NCBI RefSeq assembly: GCF_009914755.1 | Contig: NC_060926.1 | DNA length: 64,000 nucleotides | DNA from: the human T2T-CHM13v2.0 reference genome, Homo sapiens | Strand: one strand, 5' to 3' | Part shown: positions 37,538 through 51,764 of the stretch, piece by piece | Layout: every line of letters begins with the position of its first letter | How positions within the stretch are numbered: the stretch's first letter is position 1 | Made by a program: the position numbers and the translations under genes | The notes under the pieces: generated by a model | Seen by the model: only the letters and a program-made list of their open reading frames with translations | What the model was told of the DNA's origin: nothing | The model's database searches: none

Positions 37538-38029
37538 AGTTACTCAGTTTTTTAACTGTTACTATATTAATGTATTTCAGAGTTATCCAGCCCAATATGC
37601 GTTACTTCAGAAGGGGGAAAAAAAAGTCTCACCAAAAGTGTGCTCAGACAATAATTTGTTTTATTCCTCTGGAATGTTTTTAGCTTGCACATATATTGCC
37701 CTAAGAGAAAGCTCTTTTTCTGGGTCAGTAAAGAAAAAAATTAATTTTAACTTCTAAAATTAAATCCTGGGATCAAAATATCAAAATGAAATCATACTTT
37801 CATGGTGTTCATGTCAAATATCCTGTATTTTCTTTTTCTTTTTCATTAAGACTAGAGATCATTTGTAGCAAAACTACTTGAATGACATATCTGGAGTCAT
37901 TGGTCCGTTCATTGTGTACAAATCTGTACATGCTTTGCACTGAGTTTTAGGATACCATAGAAAGAGTGTGTACTTTTTTTCTATGATTTGTCTTTACTGT
38001 AAAATTATAGTGTTGATGATTAATGTTAT

Positions 38030-38230
38030 TGTAACTACTATTTATTGAGTGTATCCTATGGACTGGATCCTTAAAGCATACTATTTTTACTCCTCATCTG
38101 AATCCAGTGCATGTGATTAGAGCCATTACCTTCATTTTACAAATGAGGAAAGAGATTTAGCCACTAAAATTTCTCAAGCTGAGAAATGGCAGGTCAAGGC
38201 CAAGATTTGAATGCCGAAAGGACGAACTCC
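38030..38230 (-). mobile_element. MIR
   Basis: TATTTATTGAGTG...CATTTTACAAATGAGGAAA...GATTTGAA. Confidence 0.6.
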
Positions 38231-40209
38231 ACATCCCTTCCTTTTGCATGATTTTATGCAGTGTAATGCAGCTGTGGAATTTCAGAACTTAGAGTTTCAC
38301 AGATCTCTTTGAATGTGTTGAATAGCATGATGCAAGAGAAATAACATGTACAATTACTTTAAATGTAATGCAATAGAATCTCATAGCAACATTCAAACAC
38401 TACTACTTGCTAGGATCAGCAACTTTAAAAAAAATATTTAAGAAGAACTGGGATAATTGTCTACAGAAAAAACGAAATTATCAGTCTGCCTGCTTAGCCA
38501 AATAGCAGATATATTACTATTTCTTTGGTATCATTTGTATTATTTGAGTTTGTTTGTCACATATGTTCTCAGAGTGCAATATCGTTCAAGTGCAAAATAA
38601 AGACAGACTGGTGTAGCTCCTTCATTAATTTTCACAGCAGTTGGTTCTCTGCTGGTTTTTAAAATTAACATAAGAAAAAGTTTGAAAAATTAGCTTTTTT
38701 TCAAATCACATATAGCACTATGATTTTCCAAAAATCCCGCAAACTAATTCAATTGCATTAGTCCAAGATAATCACCCAGCAAAAGAGAGAAATATGAAAC
38801 ACTACGTATCCCAGCTGATTTCAAAGGCCTTGCCTTTTAGTATTTAAATGTTACGTGGTAACAAAGATAACACTCCAGTTAATGCCACATGATACCAAAA
38901 AAATCAGAACAGCGATGGTAAATAAATAATGTCTCATAGTGTGGAATAATTACTTGAACTAGTTTTGCTAATAAAACATAAGTTACAACTGTATTTTAGA
39001 AGGAGTCTTGGAAAGTTTTTAAGCTGTGTTGAAATTAGTATCTTAAAAAAAAATAAGCAATGGAAAGTGAGAATATTTTTGCTCCAGGATCAGGTCAGAA
39101 GGGCTTAGTGGGTGAAGGCATTGTTATGAAAGTATACTTGTAGGAAATATATTTTATTTGTGAACAAATTTTAATTTTGTTTAGGTTATTCTACTAGTCA
39201 GAATCACTGAGAGCCCTTTCACCTTGTAGGATAAATCAAACTAAATAGATCTTTTTCTTCTGACCAATTCAAATCCATGGACAACACAAAATGGATTTAT
39301 TTAACAGAACACGTGGACCTCAAAAGAACATTGAACTTAATCATTGCCCCAAAGGCTATAAAATTGCTAATTAACTGATACATTCTATCAGAACCACGTA
39401 AGTCCGAGCTAATTAAAATGCTTCCAATTTTCACACTGGTGACAAACTTTTGACAGTTTCCCACAAAATATTTATGCCACCTTCATGCCATTTACAACCT
39501 TTTTATCTAATGCCTAATTTCAACTTTATATTCTGTCTTTTAAATGTGTGGCTCCACTTTTCTTTTTATCTTTGATTTTCAATTAAGTTTCTCTAGCTAT
39601 GAAGGTGTTACAGAGAGTGAAGACTGCAATCAAAATTTAGTATAATTCTGCATAAACACTGAATATCAATAAACATTTATATTAAGAACCATAGAGCATT
39701 TTTCAGTAGTTCTTGTACTCAGGTGCTCACAGTTAAATGAAATATTAATGATTTTAAAATACAACCACAGTTTGCATATTCAATCTCTGTTTATAAAGGC
39801 CCAGGGAAGTGAAGAGTGGAGACAATTATCCTGATTACTCAAAGCCAAGTTTTTGCTAGAATGTAAAATTTTCTAAGGGCTTCCAAATAAGGTAAATACA
39901 TTTATTATGCTCCCAGGATCAGAAGTTTAATTGACCATTTATCGGCTAAAGTTGATTCTTTAAAACCTTCAGTCAAATTCCAGGATTAATTGGTGAGCTC
40001 TAACCTGGAGGGAAACTGAGGACTTGGAATGGAGTGAAAAATTGCACCAATGCTTGTAACTCTATGCCCCAAGGAAGGCCAGCATGGGAATTTTATACTT
40101 GGATTACATGGCGTGTCAAGGCCCGTGGAATCCATGGCTCCAGATGTTCTTTGAGCCTGCCTGAAAGTTCTTGCCGTCCTTTTCTCTGAGTATATTTGGT
40201 GAGTCGGGC

Positions 40210-40842
40210 TGTGATGATTAATTTTTTTGTGACATCTTGGCTAGCTTTTGGTGCCCAGCTGTTTGGTCAAACAGCAGTCCACATGTTTCTGTGAAGGTGT
40301 TTTTTAGATGTGAGTAACATTTAAATCAGTAGACTGAGTTAAAACAGATTCCCTTTATAACGTGCTTGGGCTTCATTCAATCAGTTATAGTCCATAAGAG
40401 AATAAAAAGACTGAGGTACCCCAAGAAAGAAGATATTCTGCCTTGGGATAGCATTGCAGATTTTAGACTTTCTAGACGCCACAGTCATGTGAGCCAATTG
40501 CTTAACAATATCCCTCTCCCTCTTTCTCTCTCTTTAAATATATATTTTTATATATTACATATATTATATATTACATATATGTTTATATATCTTATATATT
40601 ACATATATTTTATATATACTAATATATAATATAAAATATATTTATAAATATAATTATGTATACATATATAATACATATGTTATGTATTTATATATTATAT
40701 ATGTATATATAAATTTATATGTAAATACATACTTATGTAGTTGTATATATAAATGTAGATCGATGATAGGTTAGATATGAAAATAGATACACAGAGATAT
40801 GCAGATTTTTTTTCTTTTCTGTAAAGAACACCAGCTAATACA
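40210..40842 (+). mobile_element. MLT2 (C/D-like) ERVL solo LTR with internal TA expansion
   Basis: TGTGATGATTAATTTT...TGTTTGGTCAAAC...AACATTTAAATCAGTAGACT...GTGAGCCAATT...CTAATACA. Confidence 0.82.
40536..40755. repeat. Degenerate (TA)n AT-rich tract
   Basis: Direct reading. Confidence 0.9.
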
Positions 40843-41026
40843 CAGATACTCCACCTCTAGACTGGTCCAGCTTACATGCTTCACACTCCATTAGGCATCC
40901 CTTGAGCATTTAGGTATCCATATAGCATTTCTGAGTCCTGATTCCATATAGCTATCAGATTCTCTAAGCTTTCCATTTATTCTACCATCCTCCAACAACC
41001 CAATATCCAGAGGATCCTCTGATCTT

Positions 41027-41383
41027 AAGGCTGAGTATACCTAATCTGAAATGAATGGAAGCAGAAGTGTTTCCGATTTCAGTTATTTTTGGATTTTAGA
41101 ATATTTGCATATACATAATAAGATATGTTGGGGATTGGATCCAAGTGTAAACATAAAATTTACGTTGCATATACATATTTTACACATATTCTGAAAATAA
41201 TTTTATTCAATAGTCTTAATAATTTGGGCATAAAACACAGTTTGACTGCGTTTTGACCATGACCTGTCATGTGAGGTCAGATATGGATTTTTCCACCTGG
41301 GGCATCATGTCAACTTCCAAAAATTTTTGCATTTTGGAGGATTTGGGATTTCAAAATTGTGAATTAGGGAAGCTAATCACCTG
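41027..41383. mobile_element. Tigger4b (MER46/Zombi group)
   Basis: AGGCTGAGTATACCTAATCTGAAA...CAGAAGTGTTTCCGATTTC...TGAGGTCAG...TTAGGGAAGCT...CCTG with degenerate TIRs. Confidence 0.85.
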
Positions 41384-44300
41384 CATTGTGTCCTTACTTT
41401 CTTGGTCAATCTGCATGTTTTACCCTCAGTGATCAAAACGTAGTTCTTACCCCACAGTTCTGCCCACTGGTCAAGAGAAGATTTGCTGCCCCTCTGAACA
41501 TTACCTCCTTCCAGCCCAAATCCCTCCACAATGATCATCCCAATGGGACTTTGAAGATTGTAGCCAAGGAAGCCTACGTACCTAGAATAATACTGGAACT
41601 CCCAAACAAGTGTGTATATTAAAACCAAATGAGACCTTGCCTTATAATTTTATTATAATCAACATTTCTTTGGAACAGAGGTACTAGGACATATCTACTA
41701 ATTAGGTAGATTAACGTAGACATAATAGTGTACAAGTTAGATTTTTTTTTAAAAAAGGCTGTTAACCCTTAAATTAGAAAGTGCTATAGAGGTTAGCTTT
41801 ATAAATGCTACAGACAAAAACTTTTTCACCTTTGCTTTATAATCTGTTTGCAAGTCAAAAGCTTTATGGCAATAATGTATAACATAAATATCTAGGTATA
41901 ATTTTTTAAAAATTCAATCCATAGAAAATTTTTTAATTTCAATATTGCTTTCAAACAAGTATGTTCATATTTGAAGAGGCTGTAGTGTAAAAGACACTTT
42001 GATAACTTTAGTTTGTTTTCTATTAATACTAACTGAAAACTAATGTTAATGATAAAGGCTATTTATGCTTATTTTTATTTGTTTCTTAAGTTTTGAAGGA
42101 TGTGGAAGGTAGGGAAATTCAGCAAATAGACCAAAATCTGACAAAACCACATAAATTAATAACAATAACAGCAAGGACATATCATAGGCCAGGCTTTTAA
42201 AAACTTCTAATTCCCAGACCTCACCCCCAAACTGTTAACGTATTCACATTAATCTCAACTGGGAGGACTTAAGAAATGACTTATAAGTTCTCTGGATCTC
42301 TGGCATGGCACAGATCTGAGAGCATACAAGCCTTCAAGTGTCAGAAGGAAGCCCACCAAAGCAAGTGTGTGGGAGCTAGCAATGATGGTCATGGTCTGTG
42401 AAAACCCAAGTGAGGGATGGCAAACAAAGGCTCATTCCAAGGTGATAGCCACTCCAGTGGCAGCATTCTGTCCCAGCCACAGTGAGGAGCAGCCATACAT
42501 CATCCAAAGCACTCTGGGCTACCTCTCGGAAAAGTGATGGAAGTCACAAAATTCTGAATGAGATGCATACAAACTGGAAAAGCTGGGCGCCAATTATAGG
42601 GCATTCAGGAAGACAGTGTGATCATGAATTACATGAGAATCATTTCTAAAAAAAAGAAATTTAAAAACATTAACAGCATCTTGATGGTATCTATTATAGA
42701 GGAAAAAAGAATAGAAAGCTTTTAAAATAGTTTATTCCCTTTCTTTGGTATAGCTGTTTTGCCCTTTTTTGGACTGATACTAGTAATAAAAGAGATTTAT
42801 ATTTATAGATGCTATAGACATCAATTAAAGGTCACTGCTCTTGAGTGAAATTTCTCAGTGAAAAAGTATTCTCAGCAGAATAAGTGTTTGTATCTCTTAA
42901 AAGTCATCATATTTTAATTCCAAAAGAACAATTGTAGTAAGTTAGCACCCATCTGTTTCACTTCAAAAAATTTAACTGGCTTGGATATGAACTTCAAAAG
43001 TCATAAAAGATTATCATCATAAAAAAGAACATATGGATGTCCAAAGACTGATATCAACACCCACAAATAACATTCAAACTGTGTGATTCTATGCAATTTG
43101 CAAACAAATATGTACATATATTTAAATCCATTTTGTATAATATTCAATTTAGCAGCACATGTATAAATAGACTCATTCTAATATTTTTAAATTGTAATCA
43201 ATTGGGATTAGTTTTTCGAGTCAAGTTTTAATGCAAAATAATTTTGTGTAATTATATTATTTGTCAACATCTAATGTTGAGGTAATGTTGACACTAGCTT
43301 TTGCAGAGTATAAATACGAAAGAGAAAAAGGTCCAGTGTGCAGGGAATTTATAATCTAATTTGGGAATACATGAATTACAGATTAGAGATACAAGCTCCA
43401 AATTACAAAAGACATCATTAAGAAAAGATCAAAAACAGCAAAACATCAGTACTAATAGTGAGAAGCAAGTTTCTGAGCTACCATAAAGCAAAAATTTAAA
43501 AAATAAAAAATAAAGAAAATGATTACAGAAAGGCTTTATCAGCATTTAATTTACAAAGTGAAAATATATAATGGAGGGGAAATAGACATTAATGAGGTAA
43601 AGGAAATTGGACTTCATTGATTAACAAACTAACTAAATAGGTAACTAGCCATGCGTATATATGTTTGGAATCAAGAACCTATATAGAGTTTGAATCAGTA
43701 GTCATCAATAATGTATATTTATTTAATACAATGAAAGGCACGTTCTAACTAATAAAAGATTTGGGCTGATAAAAATGTGCGATTTATGCCTTACATGATC
43801 AAAAACTTTCAAGGAATCATATAACCACAAATAACATTTAACAAAAAAAGTATCTGAGCATATTTTTGTGATCTTGGAGTCAACTCAGTTCCTTAAAGTC
43901 ATTGTTATACACACCAGCGGTGTCAGTCTTCCTCAATGCTTTAATATGATCACTGTAGCATACATTCATGAAGATGTGGGTTAGAAAAATAATCAGGAAT
44001 GTTGGACAACAGATAATTTTATGTGGTACTGTTATATTTTTTTTCCTATTACACTTTTATTTTATGATTTGGAAAGCTTTTTTTTAACTTTTATTTTGGG
44101 TTTGGGGATACATGTGCAGGTTTGTTTTACAGGGAAGCTCGTGTCTTGGGATTTTGTTGCAGATTATTTTGTCATCCAGGTATTAAGCCTAGTACTGCCC
44201 AATAGTTACTTTTTCTGCGCAGTTCCTTCCTCTAACCCTCAAGGAGGCCCCAGTGTCTGTTGTTACTTTCTCGGTGTTCATGGGTGCTCATCACTTAGCT

Positions 44301-44900
44301 CCCTCTTACACGTGAGAACATGCAGTATTTGGTTTTCTGTTCCTGTGTTAGTTTGCTAAGGATAATGACCTCCAGATCCATTTATGTTCCCACAAAAGAC
44401 ATAATCTCATTCTTTTTTATGGCTGCAAAGTATTCCATGGTGTCTATATACCACCTTTTCTTTATCCAGTCTGTTACTGATGGGCATTTAGGTTGATTCT
44501 AAGTCATTGCTATTTTGAATAGTGTTGCAATGAACATTCCTGTTCATGTGTCTCTATGGAAGAACTACTTATTGTCCTCTGGGTATAAACTCAGTAATGG
44601 AATTGCTGGGTCAAATGGTAGTTCTGCTTTCAGTTCTTTAAAGAAAAGTCATACTGCTTTCCACAATGGTTGAATTAATTTACACTTCTAAAAACAGTGT
44701 ATAAGTGCTCCCTTTGCTCCACAACCTCACCAGCATCTGGTATTTTTTAACTTTTTAATACTAGTCATTCTGACAGGTGTGAGATGGTATCTCATTGCAG
44801 TTCTGATTTGCATTTCTCTAATTATCAGTGATATTGAGGTTTATAAAATATGCTTGCTGGCCACATGTATGTCTTCTTTGAAAAGTGTTTGTTCATGTTC

Positions 44901-45185
44901 TTTTTTGAGACAGAATCTTGCTCTGTCACCCAGGCTGGAGTGCAGAGGTGCAGTCTTGACTCACTGCAGCCTCCCAGGCTCAAGCAATCCTCCCACCTCA
45001 GCCTCCTGAGTATAGCCAGGACTACAGGTGTGCACCACCATACCTGGCTAATTTTTTGTATTTTTGGTAGAGTTGAGATGTTATCATGTTGCCGAGGCTG
45101 GTCTTGAACTCCTGAGCTCAAGCAATCTGCCTGCCTCAGTCTCCCAAAGTGTTGGGACTACAGGCATGAGACACTGTGCCTAGTC
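44901..45185 (-). mobile_element. AluJb inside L1
   Basis: GCTCAAGCAATCCTCCCACCTCAGCC and CTCCTGAGCTCAAGCAATCTG. Confidence 0.92.
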
Positions 45186-48100
45186 CTTTCCTCACTTTTT
45201 AATAAGATTGTTTGGATTTTTAATTTTTTGTAAATTTGTTTAAGTTCCTTATGGATGCTGGATATTAGACCTTTGTTAGATGCATAGTTTGCTAAATTTT
45301 TCTTTTATTCTTTTGTCTGTATACTCTGTTGATAGTTTCTCTTGCAGTACAGAAGCTGTTAACTAGATCTAGATCCCATTTGTCAGTTTTTGCTTTTGTT
45401 TGGTTGCTTTTGGTGTCTGTGCCATGAAATCATTGCCCATTCCCAAGTCCAGAGTGGTATTGCCTAGGTTGTCTTTCAGGGTTTTTATACTTTCAGGTTT
45501 TACCTTTAAGTCTTTAATCAATCTTGAGTTAATTTTTGTATATGGTGCCAGAAAGAGGTCCAGTTTCAATCTTCTGGATATGGCTAGCCAGCTATCCCTG
45601 CGCCATTTGTTGAATAGCGACTCGTTTCCACATTGCTTGTTTTTGTCAGCTTTATTGAAGATCAGACGGTGGTAGGTGTTTGGCCTTATTTCTGAGCTCT
45701 CTGCTGTTCCACTGGTGTATGTGTCTGTTTTTATATCAGTGTCATGCTGTTTTGGTTAGTTTAGTACAAGCATGATGCCTACAGCTTTCTTCTTTTTGCT
45801 TAGAACAGCCTTGGCTATTCCATTTCTTTTTTGGTTCCATATGAGTTTTAAAATAGTTTTTTTCTAGTTCTGTGAAGAATGTCATTGGTAGTTTGATAGG
45901 AATAGCATTGAATCTATAAATTGCTTTGAGGAGAAGAGCCATTTTAATGATATTGATTTTTTCTATCTGTGAACATAGGTTGTTTTTTCATTTGTTTGTG
46001 TCGTCTCCGATTTCTTTGAGCAGCGTTTTGTAATTCTCATTGTATAGACCTTTGATCTCCCAAGTTAGCTGGATTCCTAGATATTTTATTCTTTTTGTGG
46101 CAATTGTGAATGAGATTGTGTTCTTGATTTGCTCTAGGCTTGTCTATTGTAAGTGTATAGGAATGTTAGTGATTTTTGCACATTGTGTATCCTGAGACTT
46201 TGCTGAAGTTTTTTATGAGCTGAAGAAACTTTTGAGCTGTTTGGGGTTTTCTAGATATGACATCATGTCATCTGCAAATAGGGATAGTTTGACTTCTTCT
46301 CTTTCTATTTGGATGCACTGTATTTCTTTCTCTTGTCCAATTGCCTTGGCCAGGACTTCCAATTATATGTTGAATAAGAGTGGTGAGAGAGAGCATCCTT
46401 ATTTTGTGCTGGCTTTCAAAGGGAATGCTTTCAGCTTTTGCCTATTCAGTGTGATATTGGTTGTGGGTTTGCATAGATGGCTCTTATTATTTTGAGGTAC
46501 GTTCTTTCACTACTTAGTTTATTGAGAGTTTTTAACATAAAAAGATGTGAAATTTTATCAAAAGCCTTTTCTGTATCTATTGAGATAATTATGTGATTTT
46601 TGTCTTTAGCTCTGTTTATGTGAAGAATCACACTTACTGATTCAAGTATTCAAGGTTAAGGCCTACTTGATCATGGTTGGTAAGCTTTTTGAAGTGCTGC
46701 TAGACTTGGTTTGCCAGTATTTTTTTGAGGATTTTTCCATCAATGTTCATCAAGGATATTGACCTGAAGTTTTTCTTTTTTGTTGCATCTCTACCAGGTT
46801 TTGGTATCGGGATGATGCTGGCCTCTGGAATGAATTGGGAAGGAGTCTCTCTTTTTTGTGTTTTTGGAATAGTTTCAGCAGAAATACTGCCAGCTCTTCT
46901 TTGTGTATCTGGTAGAATTCAGCTATGAATCCGTCTGGTCTTGGGTTGTGTCGGTGTTGTTGTTAGGCTATTTATTACTGCTTCAATTTCAGAGATTGTT
47001 ATTGGTCTATTCAGGGATTTGATTTCTTTCTGATTTAGTACTGGGAGAGTGTATATGTTCAGGAATGTATTCATTTTTTTTGAGATTTTCTAGTTTATGT
47101 GCATAGAGGCATTAATAATATCCCTTGATCGCTGCTTGTATTTCTGTGGGGTCAGTGGTAATATCCGCCTTTGTCATTTCTGATTTTGTTTGTTTGAATC
47201 TTCTCTGTTTTCTTCTTGATTAGTCTAGCTGGAGGTCTATCTATTGGATTACTTTTTTCAAAAACCAGCTACTGGATTTTTTGATATTTTGAATGGTTTT
47301 TGGTGTCTCTATCTCCTTCTGTTCAGCTCTAATTTTGGTTACTTCTTGTCTTCTCCTAGTTTTGGAATTGGTTTGCTCTTGGATCTCTAGTTCTTCTAGT
47401 TGTGATGTTAGGTTGTTAACTTGAGATCTTTCTAACTTTTCATGTGAGCATTTAGCACTATACTTTTCCTTCTCAAAACTGCCTTAGTTGTGTCCTAGAG
47501 ATTCTGGTACATTGTACCTTTGTTTTCATTAGTTTCAAAGAACTTCTTGATTTCTGCCTCAATTTTATTATTTACCCAACAGTCATTCAGGAACAGGTTA
47601 TTCAATTTCAATGTAACTGTATGGTTTTGAGTGCATTTCTTGGTCTTGATTTCTAATTTGATTATGTTGTGTTTTGAGAGATGGTTTGTTAGGATTTTAG
47701 TTTTGTGTATTTTCTAAGAAGAGTGTTTTACTTCAGATTATGCTATCAATTTTAGATTATAGGCGATGTAACAATGAAAAGAGTGTATACTCTCTTGGCT
47801 TGGGGTGAAGAGTTCTGTAGACGTCTATCAGGTCCATTTAATGCAGTGCTGAGTCCAGATCTTGAATATCTTTGTTAATTTTCCATCTTGATGATCTGTT
47901 TAATATTTTCAATGGGGTGTTAAAATATCCCACCACTATTGTTTGGGTATCTAAGAACTTGCTTTACGAATCTGGATGTTTCTGTTTTGGGTGCATATAT
48001 ATTTAGGATAGTTGGATCTTCTTGTTGGATTGAACTTTTTACCATTATGTACTGCCGTCTTTGTCTTTTTGGATCTTTGTTGGTTTACAGTGTGTTTTGT

Positions 48101-48861
48101 CAGAAATCAGGATTGCAACTCCTGCTTTTTCTGTTTTCTATTTGCTTGGTAGAATTTTCTCCATCTCTTTATTTTGAACCTATGTGTGTCATTGCATGTG
48201 AGATGGATCTTTTGAAGACAGCATACCAATGGGTCTTGGTTCTTTATTCAGCTTGCCACTCTTTTTGGTTGAAGCATTTAGCCAGTTTACATTTAAGGTT
48301 AGTACTGAGATACGTGGATTTGATCCTGTTATCATTATGTTAGCTAGTTATTATGCAGAGTTGTTTATGTGGTCGCTTTATAGTGTCACTGGTCTGTGTA
48401 CTTCAGTGTGTTTTTGTAGTGGCTGATAATGTTATTTCCTTTCCATAGTTAGTGGTTCCTTCAGGTGCTCTTGCAAGACAGGCTTGGCGGTAACAAATTT
48501 CTCAGCATTTGCTTGTCTAAAAAGGATCTTATTTCTCCTTTGCTCGTGAAGCTTAGCTTGGGCAAATCTAAAACTCTGGCTTGGAATTTATTTTCTTTAA
48601 GAATGATGGCCTCCAATCTTCTGGCTTGTAGGGTTTCTGCTGAGAGGTTTACTGTTAGTCTGATGGGCTTCCTTTTGTAGGTGAACCTGAACTCTTTAGC
48701 TGCTTTTAATGTTGTTTTCTTTTATTTTAACCTTAGAGAATATGCTGATTATGTGTCTTGAGGGTGATCTTCTTGTAAAGTATCTTCCTGGGGTCTCTGC
48801 ATTTCCTAAGTTTGACATTTGGTCTCTCTAGCTAGATTGGGGAAGTTCTCATGGATGATAT

Positions 48862-49809
48862 TGATAGCGACAGGGGGCAGAGAAACTCCAGGCATGATAG
48901 GCCGGGTCCCCGTCAAAACCCCACCCTCAAACTGAAAAGCCTGAAACCCTCAACCCAAAGTGACAACTTCTATTCTTATTTTCCCACTCAAATGTTGCCT
49001 TTTTCTAAACTATCTGAGGCCCGCCCCATCCCCATTCTGTGCTTATAAAGGCCCCAGACTCAGCCAGTACAGAGGAGAAGCAGTTGGATGTTGGGGACAA
49101 TGGCTGAACATTGGAGGGAAGGGGCTTGACTTCAGAGGGACAGCTTGATGGTGTAACTTTGGAGAAGAATCTGGCTGGAGATAGCTGGACCTCAGGGTAA
49201 TATAACCTACCAACTCTGTCCCCTTCCCATTGAGAGCCACTTTCATCAGCATGAAAATCCCCCGCATTTACCATCCTTCAATTAATTCATGTGACCTTAT
49301 TTTTCCTGGACACTGGACAAGAGCTTGGGAGCCACAAGTATGGATAAAAAAAGGCTGTCACACTCACCCTTTGCCCTCGCTGGCAGAGGGCCATCACCTC
49401 ACACAAAAAGGCAGAGGGCCCACTAAGTTATTAACACTTAAGCCATCTGCAGATGGCAGAGCTAAAAGAGCTCTGTAACATGACTTCTGGGGCTTCAGGT
49501 TTCGCAGGCACCTGGCCTGAATGCCACCACGTGGCCTGCAGTTTGCTTCTGCCAGCACCCAAAAGCACTCACTCTGGTTCCTGCACTCACTCACCTGTGC
49601 ACTCCCTCCCCTGAAGGGTGGAACACAACAGGTCCCAGCGAGCAGAGTTTGATCCTGCTGGCGTCAAAAGGGTTCTAGCGCTCGTGCACTCCAGATCCTG
49701 CCTTGTTTGCTTGCATTCCTTCCTGCAAGGAGTTGAGACTGGTGGGTTAAGTAAACAAGCCACCCCTGCCACAAGTCCCACAAAGGGGTCAGGGAAATAT
49801 CCTGCTTCA
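48862..49809 (+). mobile_element. LTR27/LTR28/MER52-family ERV1 solo LTR inside L1
   Basis: TGATAGCGACAGG...GGGTCAGGGAAATATCCTGCTTCA; 4-bp TSD ATAT. Confidence 0.87.
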
Positions 49810-51004
49810 ATATCCTGAAATATGTTTTCCAAATTGGTTGCATTCTCCTCATTTCTTTCAGAGACACTAATGAGTCATAGATTGGGTCTTTTTACATAAT
49901 CTCATATTCTTCAGAGGTTTTGTTCGTTCTTTTTCATTATTTTCTCTATATTCTTGTCTTACTGTCTTACTTCAGAAAGCCAATCTTCAAGCTCTGAGAT
50001 TCTTTTCTTCACTTGGTCTATTCTGCTATTAATACTTGTGATTGTATTATGAAATTCTTGTAGAGTGTTTTTTAGCTCTAACGGGTTGGTTAAATTCTTT
50101 TCTATAATGACTACTTTGTCTGTCAGCTCCTGAATTGTTTTATCATGATTTTTAGCTTCCTTGGATTGGGTTCCAATGTACTCTTGTAGCTAAGTGATTT
50201 TTTTTCTATCCATATTCTGAATTATATTGCTGTCATTTCAGCCATCTCAGCCAGGTTCAGTACTCTTGCTGGAGAGGTGATGCAGTCATTCAGAAGAAAG
50301 AAGTAACTCTGCCTTTTTGGGTTTTCAGAGTTCTTGCTCAGATTCTTTTGCACCTTTGTAGGCTGATCTACCTTCAATCTTTGAGATTGCTAACCTTTGA
50401 ATTGGGTTTTTTTTTTTCTTTTATCCTATTTGATGGCCTTGAGGGTTTGATTATAGCATAAGGTGGATTCAGCTGACTGGTTTCATTTCTGGAAGATTTT
50501 AGGGGGCCAACGCTCAGTTTTCATCTCCTGTACTGTGTGCTCTAACTCTGCGAGACTTGTATTGGGCTCTGACTGTGTTCTCTGGCTCCTCGAGGTTAAG
50601 AATCTACTGCACTGTGGAGATCGAGGTGCTACTGGACCAATGGTCACTGAACTCTGATGGGTGACGTCAGCCAAAGTGTTTCGGAGTGTCTTGACAGCAG
50701 GTTCCATCCTCCTCCCCACGTGCCAACAGCAGTGGTAGTGGTAGCTGCGGTAAAGTGCTAGTGGCTGCAGAGGGAGGTTGCCTCCCTGCGGGCATTCACT
50801 ACAGTGATGGAGACAATGTAGCTGTGTGCAGGTCAGGGGCCCTGCTGGTGACTGTGTGCACAATGGCCCTAGATAGTGTTGGCTCAGGGGCAGGATGCTG
50901 ACAGGCACAAGTCTGGGTGCCTTCTCTGTGCCACACATGCAGGAGTAATCACCCAGGACTGGGAAGGATCCACTGTTCTCTGTGCAGTGTCAGCACAAAG
51001 GTGG

Positions 51005-51764
51005 TGAGAGACAGGACTAGCTGGATTTCCTAGGCCAATTAAGAATTCCTAAACCTAGCTGAGAAGGTGACCGCATCCACCTTTAAACACGGGGCTTGCA
51101 ACTTAGCTCACACCCGACCGATCAGGTAGTAAAGAGAGCTCACTAAAATGCTAATTAGGCAAAAACAGGTGGTAAAGAAACAGCCAATCATCTATTGCCT
51201 GAGAGCACAGTGGGAGGGACAATGATCGGGATATAAACCCAGGCATTCGAGCCAGCAATGGCTACCCTCTTTGGGTCCCCTCTCTTTGTATGGGAGCTCT
51301 GTTTTCACTCTATTAAATCTTGCACCTGTACTCTCTTCTGGTCCATGTTTGTTATGGCTCAAACTGAGCTTTCACTCGCCATCCAACACTGCTGTTTGCC
51401 GCTGTCACAGATCCGCCACTGATTTCCATCCCTCAGGATCCGGCAGAGTGTCCGCTGTGCTCCTGATTCAGCGAGGAGCCCATTGCCACTCCCAATCAGG
51501 CTAAAGGCTTGTAATTGTTCCTGCATGGCTAAGTGCCCAGGTTGGTCCTAATTGAGCTGAACGCTAGTCACTGGGTTCCACGGTACTCTTCCGTGACCCA
51601 CGGCTTCTAATAGAGCTATAACACTCACCACATGGCCCAAGATTCCATTCCTTGGAATCTGTGAGGCCAAGAACCCCAGGTCAGAGAACATGAGGCTTGC
51701 CACCATCTTGGAAGAGGCCTGCCACCATCTTATGAGCTCTGGGAGCAAGAACCCCCTGGTAACA
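51005..51764 (+). mobile_element. LTR17 (HERV-W) solo LTR, 760 bp, inside the L1 5'UTR
   Basis: TGAGAGACAGGACTAGCTGGATTTCCTAGGCC...CCCCCTGGTAACA; 4-bp TSD GTGG; CCAAT 51184, ATATAAA 51231, ATTAAA 51312. Confidence 0.94.

Noticed and set aside
48862-51764. Two + strand LTRs as the ends of a provirus
   Set aside because: Different families with separate TSDs; the interval is L1 sequence
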